Source: Bugula neritina (taxonomy: Eukaryota > Animalia > Bryozoa). From it: DNA of 64,000 nt. The notes under the pieces are model-generated. The model saw only the letters and a list, made by a program, of their open reading frames with translations. It was not told where the DNA came from and made no database searches. The stretch covers positions 3,070,662-3,134,661 of the forward strand of contig OZ037770.1 in NCBI GenBank assembly GCA_964035545.1, read 5' to 3'. Shown here piece by piece: positions 53,501 through 64,000 of this stretch. The position numbers were made by a program, and so were the translations under genes. Each line of letters opens with the position of its first letter. Within the stretch, counting starts at the first letter, position 1.

Positions 53501-56500
53501 TCAAACATAGGATGATACATACCGAAAGATCACAGGTCTATCACATACAATTAGATGAGATCAATATCCAATCATAATTGGGAGAAAACGATTAAATAAC
53601 CAAGAGTATTCCATTAATGAGATGAAAACTCCTAATATATTGTTCAGATAAAAAGTGTAATGTTGTATTATTGTTACTAATAAATGATTTCGCTTTGACA
53701 CTAGCAGCATCTTGTATTGAAGAAAGATGTCTTTCAATTTTCAATGAAAGCTTCCTTAGTTAAATAAAGTGATTAACGTAAATTTTGGATCTTTGTTTTC
53801 AACTTCTGTCACAAAACTATTGCACAGGTAATGTTGGTGATAAACCACACAGGTAAACCTGTACGTTATAAGAATACAGAAATAGTTCGCTAGAAATTAG
53901 AATTCCACCAAATCACGGTATTTCCTGTTTCAACGCACCTTGAGCGGGTTCGGAGTTGGCGCCTTTATAGGCGTTCGGACCTTCGCAGATTTTGCCGGGG
54001 ACGTGTTCTCGTTCTCCGGAGGTATGATAATGTCCATCTCGGACTCAACTCTACAATTTACGTAACAATCATAGCGAAACCGTGCACCTAAAAGATTATC
54101 ATTCAACACTTGTGCTTGCATACAGTCTTGCACTTTACATTGATATAGTCTGGCAAACCGACCCAACTGCATGGTCAATTTCTGGTTTGCTGTTTGGACC
54201 AAGAAACACCTAGTGAAATGGTTGTTGTTGACATGTAGGAAGTCATTTGATTGGTGCTCAGATGCAAAGAACGAGCTGATTGGTGTTCAACTGCAAGGAG
54301 CCAGCTGATTGGCTGCCGTACCTTTGCATGGAAGAATGTTGCTCTCTACTGGTGGATCTCAAGAAATCTCCTTCGCTCTCCATGGCAGGGGTTCTCGGCA
54401 AATCCGGCAAACCATCTCCATCTCCAGGACTACAGGGGAAGACAACTCATTAGAGTGACACTTAGAAGAGCAGAAATATGAGGATATGATGCCGTGACAC
54501 CACAATTTATCTTGTTTTTAGAACATTTTAAACTACTCGAAAAATAATGTCAGCTATCCCAACAAGTTCATTTGTCAAATAAACAGAACACGCAGAAGCA
54601 TTAAGTTAATTTAGAAACTACCCTATTAATTGTGTTATCCATGGATGTTAAACTTTTCTCACAATGAGCTTTATTTAAAAAACTTAAAAATCAACTTAAG
54701 TAATATGTTCAAGGTAGGTGCAGCATCAATGAAGCTGGGAGTATATCGTATGAATAGAAAAGGCTGTACAAGAGTTATGTTATCCTGAAAACTTCAACCC
54801 ACCCCCACACTAAAGTTCACCAAGAGAACCACAGAATCGGAGCTATTGAAATGTTACATAACCAATCTACTTGCTGACAGCATATCAAACGCTGTCACAG
54901 CAAAAGAGCAGCAGCAAATCATTTCCTGTGTAAATATGCTGACCTCTACACTATCTCATACACTGACCTCTACATTATCTTATACACTGACCTCTACAAT
55001 ATCTTATACACTGACCTCTACACTATCTCATACACTGACCTCTACGCTATCTTATACACTGACATCTACACTACCTTTACCTCTACATCAAACCAGTTAA
55101 CTCAGAAAAATAGTTAAGCGTTTACTTTTATTTAGAAATCAAAGTAAGTTTTCACACATTTTTGAATACAACCAAATATCCATAGTTGAGTGAAACTTAC
55201 AGATTCATAAAGTTAGACTCGGTGGACCTCCTGGAAAGAGCTGCGGAGTGAGGGACGCTCTCCATACGCCCCGTCAAAGGACCTGTTCTCACTACAAAAA
55301 GTGTGACTATGAAGTTATTGCTCAATGTTGTAACAAATCTGTGAGATTTCAATTTAACAAACAACACCAATAGCAGGGGAGACAATCCAAAAACAACACA
55401 CCACACATAAGTCTAGCTAACACTGACACAGCATAATTGGTTGGCAAATCTACAGAAAATTGAAAGAAGGTTTGAAGAAAAATCTCTTTTAGCATCTTTT
55501 CAATAAAAAGTTGAATTTAAACAATTTATATTAATTTAAATTAAATTTATCATTAAACTCATTTCTCTGTGGTATTCAATTCGCATGTTTTGAAACTAGA
55601 ACTAAAATTCAAGGTAAATGCTTTTAAATTTTTCTTTCTGAATTAAAAAGAAAAATAATATGCTACACCTAACAGTAAGTATTTGAGAAGTCAAAAGTAA
55701 TTTAAGACATTTAGTTAAAAAGACTCAGAAAAAAATTAACACCAAACATAACTGAAGGATGAGAAACTGTTTCAGTTGATGAAGTACAGTAAATGTATTT
55801 TAACAATTACACGATAAGTAATGATTTGCTTTTATCAGGAATAAGTCAAGGTTTTTTTTGACAAGCTCCATGTATAAGCGACTGGGTTAAAAAGTAAACG
55901 TACCAAATAGTTTAGCAACATTAAAAGAAATAGCAATATTTACTGATTGAAAAATAACCCTCTCCCTAATCAGTAATAATTTGAAAACCCCCTTGAAGAC
56001 TCATATCAAAGTCGCAAAGAGAAACCCTCCATTTATGATTTCCTATACTAAAAACAATCAGAGAAGGATTTCAGTTGAGATTAGGGCAAGAGGGACTTAT
56101 GAGATGTTAGCAGGCAGATAGCTGAACTTAGATAAAGCTGATGTGAGTCAGAGTGATCTACTCACAAACAACAACTCCAGAGTTAGAAAGTGTTCACACA
56201 CAAAAGACCAATATGTTACGGTGAGTCAATAAGAAAATGTTAGAACATTACTCACTCACAAATGACCACCATGCCAAAATATGAGACCAGCATGTTACAA
56301 TGAATCACTCACAAAAGACCACCATGTTAGAATATGAGTCACTCGAAAAAGCCCGCCATGTTTGAGTGAATCATTAAGAACAGACTACCATGTTAGAAGG
56401 TGAGACACTAAGGGAAAAGCACAAATGTATAAAGTTTGTCACTCAAAAGACCACCATGTTAGAATATGAGTCACTCATAGGAGACCACCATGTTAGAATA

Positions 56501-59500
56501 TGAGTCACTCATAGACCACCATGTTAGAATATGAGTCACTCATGCTAACACTGAGTATGCTGCAACTGCAGAAGCATAATGCGACACTGTGAGCGTATAA
56601 AAGATCCAAGTGAATAAAACCTTGATTGTCAAACACTGATTTGACGTCTTTAGCTTTCTTTAGAGTCTTTCGAGTTTGAAGTCCATCTAAAGAAGTCTTA
56701 GAATGGCGATACATCGCTGCCTCTTTGACCAACAGGTCCTCTGGGTCAGGAGATGCTATTGACGGCAGCACAACATAAATATAGCGTAAATAAACAAACA
56801 GAATAAATAAAATAACTGCAAGTAGTTGAAATAAAAGGGGATAAATCTTTCAAGAAAAGATGTTATAATATAATACCTAATTGCAAATTACTACAGTCGT
56901 TTTTGATTCATTTGCAAAAGTTCTTTGTTTTTTTATTTCGTTATTTATTTTCAACAAAAGTGCATAAAAAACTATCAAACATAATTTTGAAAAATTTATC
57001 TACACAGAAAGAAGGAATTTTTGCATAAATAAGCTGAACTGGATAAAAATAAAAATCAATTTGCAGGAAATTCTAGTTTTTGAAGGGTGCACAGATGAAA
57101 GAGCATATCAGAAGACAAACCAAGAAAAAAATCATTTGGTACTGAATGGCATAAAATAGAAGTAGGGGGACAGAGTTTCAACATTGTCTACTACTTAATA
57201 TCGCTTATGTGGAAGGGAATGTTCAAGACAAAGAGTTTAGGGTAACAAAATGGCAATCGCAAATTCAACATGGCTCTTACACTCAACTGTCTGGTGTCTT
57301 ACTATCTTCAGCTGCATAATATAATGAGTTGGAAATAAATACAATAGACTATCGCCTTTCCATACAAAATACATTTAAAACAATTAGTTTTAATGCAGTT
57401 TCTGTCAAAATCAAGCAAACTGAATGTAAAAAGAAGAAAACATTGTTATTGAATACAATATTAGTCTGCATATCATCATAATGTGCCTATAGTAAGCTTC
57501 AGATCTATTTTTAAACCCAGCTGTCTAATATAGAAGATGTATGGCATACATTTTATTATGGTTGGATATATAAAGGGCTGTCAGCTCAATTACCAAACAC
57601 AATTAAAATGGAAGAAATTTATAATTGCAAGCTAGAGTAATTTTCGAAAACTTTACTTTAAACACGCAGTATAAAATGAGCAAAAGCAGATCAAGATTCG
57701 AACAAAAAAAAAAAATAAAAACATGTCTACAAAAGTTTTTCTAGAATATTCTAAGTTATTAATTACTAATTATTATTTACTAGCTACTAGTAACTAGTAG
57801 CTAGTAACTAGCTATTAGTTACCAGTAGCTAGCTACTAGTAACTAATAGCTAGTTACTGGCTACCAGTTACTAGTAGCTAGTAACTAGTAGCTAGTAACT
57901 AGTAGCTAGTAACTAGTAGCTAGTAACTATTAGCTTCTAGCTGCTAATAACTAGTTATTAGCTACACTGCAGTCAAGGCTTGTTAAATAAAAAGAGGAGA
58001 AAGAGAAGACAACTGCTCATAACATAAAAGCGGACTGTGGAAGAGACCTTAGCAACTAATAAAACAGGAAGTAATGTGAAGAATGGATACGACAACACAG
58101 CTAAAGTCAATGGAAGGTCATTGCAGGAAGAGATACCCAAGTAAAGACTTCTACACAAAGAAGATAAAAAAGATGCTAGGAAGGCAATAGATTAGAAAGT
58201 TCCGGTAAACTGAAGGTACGAGTACTCACGTATAGGAAGTAATTTAACAGCAGCACCTGGTGAGGTAAACGGCATGAGTTATATATACATAATATATATA
58301 GCGTTACCAGTCAGTAACAACTCTGTACGGAGTTACTCACCCACAGGAAGAGGCGGGGGCATGAACTTGCGAGGTTTTATTGAGCTGTGAGTGGGAGGGA
58401 GGGTGATGCCTTTACCGTGATACAGCTCTCTCGCATTCATAGGCAGCACTATGGCCTTCAACCTTCTCAGCTCATCTCTCACATCAAATCTAATAATAGC
58501 ACAATCATATTACTATTATATTACAGCCATATTACTATTATATTACAACTATCTTACTCCTATATTACAACTATCTTACTATTATATTACAAATATATTA
58601 CTAGTATATTACTATTATATTACAACTATCTTACTCCTATATTACAACTATATTAACATTATATTACAAATATGTTACTATTATATTAAAAATATCTTAC
58701 TATTATATTACAAATATATTACTAGTATATTACTATTATATTACAACTATCTTACTCCTATATTACAACTATATTAACATTATATTACAAATATGTTACT
58801 ATTATATTAAAAATATATTACTAGTATATTACTATTATATTACAGCTATATGACTATTATATTACAACTATATGACTATTATATTACAACTATATGACTA
58901 TTATATTACAACTATCTTACTATTATATTACAACTATATTACTATTACTTTATAACAACTACATTATAATAGGCACATCAAAACAATATTATAAGTATAT
59001 TATAATATATACAAAGTAGTTGCTAACAGACATTTTAATTTATTTCTAATTAGGAGTTGTGTTCTCCACAACATTACATCCTAACCTACTTATAAAGGGT
59101 CATCTCCCTTTACTATTACCATAAACATGTTAGAAGGGCTTTTTTGTGAAAATAGCAGAATTTCCAATTCTACAAAATATCTTTCTACACATGTGTTATA
59201 TGCACTTAGTGGTTCTTTTGCAAAATTTTAGAGTTAAAATTTTAAAATTTGCCGATTTGATTCCCCATAAAGATATTAGCATAGGAAAACAATCAAATTC
59301 CATGTTAGATGAGAGAAAAACTTGGATATATCACATGTAGAGCATATACTATACAGTGTAGGAAACATTGGACTACAGATACAAACTGCTGAGTGATCTC
59401 CGCTAATATAAAACACAGAAGCACGTGACCTATATAACAAAGGTCATGGGTTCAAATCCCGGAGGGCTATTGGTGAAGCCGGGCAGAGTATCTGACCATA

Positions 59501-62500
59501 ACTTAACAATATAAAGTCCTCAGCTCACAATAAGAATGGAGTGTTTTAACAAAACATGAACATAATACATCAAAACACTAACCAATATCTAGCTGAACTG
59601 ACGCAACTTGTCTACAATTTCGTTTAATTGAATTTATTCCTATATTTTTTGAGATTTTGAAGAATTTAGCATCATTATCAGCATTTTACTGCCGAAGATT
59701 AGCAAAAATGACTCCAATTTATTTGCATATTTAAAACATCTTTATTTCAAACATTTTTAGGAGACTTTGCAAAATGTGACAGTTATTATTTGCTAATAGT
59801 AGTCTGGGAGGGATTGAGACCCCCCCCCCAGCAATTCTAATTATTAGAGAAAAGAAGTAATTGAGCTATTTGTTAGCTGAAAGGAAGTCTAATATAAATT
59901 ATAATACTATCCTTCATGTTAAAAGGCAGCCGTCAGGCATAGCCATTATGGTGTTATATCAGGGTGCAGTGAAGGACCCATTAGAGCATTAGAAAAGCAC
60001 TTAGCTTTCAATAATTTTCATTTAATTTAGCTGTCAATTAAATAATGTCAATAGTTTTTAAAATGACATCTTTAAGCAGGTGACAGCAAAACAGCAACCT
60101 GTCAGTATTGATTATTTATTTTAAGAACCTAGAGTCAATGCTGATGGCTAACAGAATATGTAATGACTAGTATAACCAAGTACTTGTTCAGAACAACCAC
60201 CTGCAACCACCTGCTACACCCACTTTAGGGCCATATATCCACTGTAAACCTAAAGAAATTGTTTTTAGACTTAGAACTTCACCATAATAGTGAAATAGTT
60301 TGAGACCGCAAGATTCGTTTCAGGGTATCACCAATAGCCTTGCTAGGAACCTTGACTAAGCAGCAAATGTGTTGCACTAAGCCACAAGATCAAGGGCCAC
60401 TAGAAGGGAATATTCCATGGCGAGGGCCACATTGTCAACTTTAGCTTAAGCGAGGGTCACAGTGTTAGTAATTTTCAAATAATTCCATTCCAAATACCTA
60501 TCAATCATTACACAATGAAATCCAATTAATATCTGCAGACTGCTTGCTTTGTAGTATGTATATAAAAAGACATTTAAAAGGTGTTTGTTCTACTCTAATT
60601 CATGTATGTGTACAAAATAATTTTGTTTGTTGTGTACTAAGCTATTGTTTCAACTACTGCTTTGAAGTCTAAACTACTTGATCAAAACTTAAAAGAGAAG
60701 ATGCTTTCCTTTACAGTAAAACTCAATAAAATGTTAAACTCTAAGTGACAAGTCAGGAAAAGCACAACTTTTACCTCCACTATTAAAACAGGACACCAAA
60801 ACAGACAGCATGTTTCTATACAGAGACTAGTAAATTATAGCACCATAGTGACTGGCAAGACAGCAATATGCCTACTTTAAAACAAGTTCAAAACCTGCTT
60901 TCAAAATACTAAAAAAGCGGGGGAAGGGGGGCGCCCTGGATATCTAGCACGTTTCCCATATTAATTGAGAGTCACTGATTTAACCCAGTATAATGTTTTG
61001 TAGTCTGTAAAAGTGTATACAGAGTACGACGCTAAAATAAATGCTCAAAATAGTAAAAAAATAATTTATGCAATATCGTATTAATAGCACAATTTTATGC
61101 GCATATGGAGTATAATCTATTTCCCTGATGCATGTATTAAACTAGATTAAATGAATCCTAATAGTAGGATTCAAGCACCATTTTCAGACAGCAGTAAAAA
61201 CAGGAAATGGACAAACCGTTCATTGAAAGGAACTCTCTGCCCGCCCATAAGAAGGTCCTTAGACTCCCGGTGAGGCAGCGTTTCTCGAGCTTGCTTCTGC
61301 TGCTTGAGTCGGGTGATGTATTCCCTCTCAGCCAGGAGTCGTTCTCTCTGACTTAATCTAGTATAACATAAACACAGATAGAGACAGGCTTAGAATTAAA
61401 AAAACATTATTACTAGCTGAACTGCATTTTGTATAAGGAAGAAATTCAAATGATCAGGACAATTTTAAATAATTTCAAGAGGGTAGATTAGCAATACTGA
61501 CTATCGTTTATAGCTTTTCAGAAACTTTCTTATAATATGCTAGCAATTCTGAGAATGTGCTAAACCTTCCTACACTAACAGCTAAATTAAATGTTTCCTG
61601 TGTTGCTTAGTAACAGACGTCTTGTGTTGTCAAAACACTCCTTTCTAATCTCTAACTAGGGTCAACAGAAATCCTACTACCATATTCCTATATATTTTAT
61701 GCTGATTCAATATTTTTAATGCGGTACCACAACTTAAAATGCATACACATTGACAGCTTTGTGCAAATAAAATTGATAGTACTGAGATTTGAACCCACAC
61801 TGTCTTGCTTATTAGTCGTGCACTTTACTAACTTCACCACCTTGACAAGTGTAGTTACAGCAATATAAGTTACTAGTAATCACCTAGAAGGATTATTCAA
61901 GAGTAGCAGGCTTTATAAACCTTCAGGTTGCATTTAGACAAATAGGTACATACCACAACTAATTTCGTGAAACAAAAGAATTAACAAACAGAAATACTAC
62001 TTTCATAAAACATAAAAAGTTTATTTACCTTTCAAAACCAGGCTTCAAAGGCTCACTGTACTGTAAAAACAATAATATTAACTTATTAGGTAATAATAGC
62101 ATATTAAACCATAATAACATATTAAATCATAAAAACACATTAAACACAATTGATTCTGTGACTTAAAGGCAAAGGTGCACTACAGGTAATTACCAAAATT
62201 ACTTTTGATGTAAATTTAATTCAATTGATACAAAAATATAATGAGAAAACAAATGAACTAAGCCTACTTAACTTGGAAGCCTTAGTGCACCTCATTGGTT
62301 ATTCAACTAATCACCTAACCATGATATAATTTGACTACAAAGAATCACAGTCTAATTTGCAGTAGCCTGTGATGAATTAGTCAACAAATTAGATCAGATA
62401 ACTCCAAGTCAATCTGCACCGACATAATTTCAACGAGCCAGTAAATAGTACTAATATTGCATCTATAAATTCATACTCATGTAAGAAAGAAAAAAAATTA

Positions 62501-63433
62501 TTGAAGTAAAAATTAATACTTGAACAGTTGTAATAAATTGAAGTTGTTGGTTTTTGTAAAATCAATTAATTCTAAGGTGGCCAGAAAAATTTTGGTTTTT
62601 AGACAAGCTAACCCTTAGTAAATTAGAGGCAGCAATGTTAGTGCTGCCTAGAAGTGAAGGACAAAACCTGCTACCCACCTGATATCTCTCTGAATGAATT
62701 ATCAAAGGCTTCTCTCTCGGGATTATCTGAGATTTGTCAAAAAACATATCTTGATGCCGTCTCAGCACCGGCACCATCTTTAACAGTGTAGAAGACCTGC
62801 CGGACACAAGAGTTGAAATGAGCAAAATCGAATAAAATGAACTGGAACCAATACAGCATGCAGGGAATTTTTCTGGACAAGTAAAACCTGAATTGATATA
62901 TGATATTCATAATGACACACCAAACTTTGAACTTAAATTCTTTCATTGTAAAATGAATATATAAATTACGGATTCTTTTCTCAACAGTTAGAAAACACTA
63001 CAACTGAAAAATAATTCAAAATTAATAATTTAATTGTCTAAACATTTTTACAATTGCCAAATAAAAGTTCTCCTAACATTCCTATTGTATGACTAATTCT
63101 ATTTGAACCTGGATGTTGCCTACAGTTTAACCTAGATACTTTGGAAAACTGAACCTAAAAAGTTATTATTTAGTTCTCTAATAAATCTTTCATTAGTAAA
63201 TACAACATCAAGAAAAAATATTTTCAATTAAAATAAATAATCAACTGAAAAATTATAATAAAAACACATACTCAATCTGCTTAGTTGGTTACTGAAAATT
63301 GCATAGTAAATAAAATCTTAGCTATTATTTTATTTGTGTGAACAACTTACTTGAAATATTGTGGCTGGAAGGGCAGGGGGTCAAAAGAGGCTGACACATA
63401 GGCTAGTTGATTGACTGGTTGGGATTGAGACAT
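50505..63433 (-). CDS. EF-hand domain-containing protein, 14 exons, ~519 aa from the first in-window ATG (may extend 5')
   Basis: Phase-consistent exons: 63433-63351, 62796-62679, 62060-62029, 61357-61217, 58489-58341, 58256-58230, 56755-56621, 55282-55201, 54429-54322, 54050-53939, 52518-52363, 51274-51113, 50923-50783, 50618-50505. EF loops FQKLDTDDDGHLMYQQ and FQQVDRTSKGKITLDS. Confidence 0.85.
51340..51750. repeat. 25-bp minisatellite (TGACATGTGACAGGTCTGCTAATAA), ~16 copies, intronic
   Basis: Direct reading. Confidence 0.95.
52558..53342. repeat. 21-bp minisatellite (TATACACTATACACAGTAGAG), intronic
   Basis: Direct reading; generates the LLCIVYT / VYSTVYS ORFs. Confidence 0.97.
54939..55087. 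repeat. 24-bp minisatellite (CTGACCTCTACACTATCTCATACA)
   Basis: Direct reading. Confidence 0.9.
56200..56545. repeat. Degenerate ~30-bp tandem repeat (GACCACCATGTTAGAATATGAGTCACTCA)
   Basis: Direct reading. Confidence 0.85.
57779..57964. repeat. TAG/CTA-rich palindromic low-complexity repeat (TAGTAACTAGTAGC)n
   Basis: Direct reading. Confidence 0.85.
58506..58950. repeat. AT-rich minisatellite (TTACTATTATATTACAACTAT)
   Basis: Direct reading; intronic. Confidence 0.9.
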
Positions 63434-64000
63434 CTTCGAACCAGCAAGGTGACGGATCTAAAGAAAATAGTCATAAGCATTTGAGTGCAACTTCACTAAA
63501 ATAATTGTAGTAGTTGATAATATAAATATAAGCTATATAATGCAGCTTGAATTAAAATAAATTATACAATTTTACTCTAAATTTAATATCGAAACATTAA
63601 TTATATTAAAGTTCACTATAAAGTAGATTTGCATTGCATAGTTAAATTTTGGGTTTCAAAAACCATATATTTACACTTTATACTCAAGAAGTTATATTTA
63701 TCTCAAATAAATTGAATAAGATAAATGATCAGCCAATAAAAGTACAATGTAATTTTTAATTAGGCCTACTGTGTTGCTAAAAAGAATGCCAGGTCTAATT
63801 GTATAGCACAGAAATGATGACTAAAGCTTTAATTCTTATACTCACAGTATTAATTATTTTGACATTTCCAATAAATCGCAAAAAATAGTTTGACTAAGAC
63901 TTCTAGTTCTAAACATGCACTCTGAGTCCGACATATGATATTCAAATAAAAATAAACGAAAGCAACTCTTCGGCTAAGAAACCTATTATATCAAAAAAGT

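Overview
AT-rich animal (invertebrate-type) genomic DNA with GT-AG introns, microsatellites and many DNA transposons. I assembled the genes by hand from splice sites and exon phases. (1) Minus strand, 139-11091: a giant gene in which a single ~9 kb exon of tandem ankyrin repeats splices in frame to four small exons carrying a linker and a caspase (peptidase C14) domain with both catalytic motifs (MSHG, SFCRG). The predicted ankyrin-caspase fusion is >3250 aa and runs off the left edge. (2) A transposon-rich block at 18-27 kb with a four-level nest of hAT/MITE insertions and an ISL2EU/Harbinger-like element with ~1.07 kb terminal inverted repeats. (3) A two-exon GT10 alpha-1,3/4-fucosyltransferase. 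(4) Three tandem tiny spliced genes whose products the ORF track does not reconstruct, encoding secreted cationic C-x3-C-x14-C-x-C peptides (defensin/CS-alpha-beta-like, only 4 Cys). (5) A cryptic 9-exon orphan gene or pseudogene at 44.4-48.3 kb. (6) A 14-exon EF-hand protein gene at 50.5-63.4 kb. The ankyrin-caspase fusion and the 4-Cys peptide cluster are the strongest candidates for undescribed biology. All gene models are read by eye and need RNA-seq confirmation; no database searches were run.
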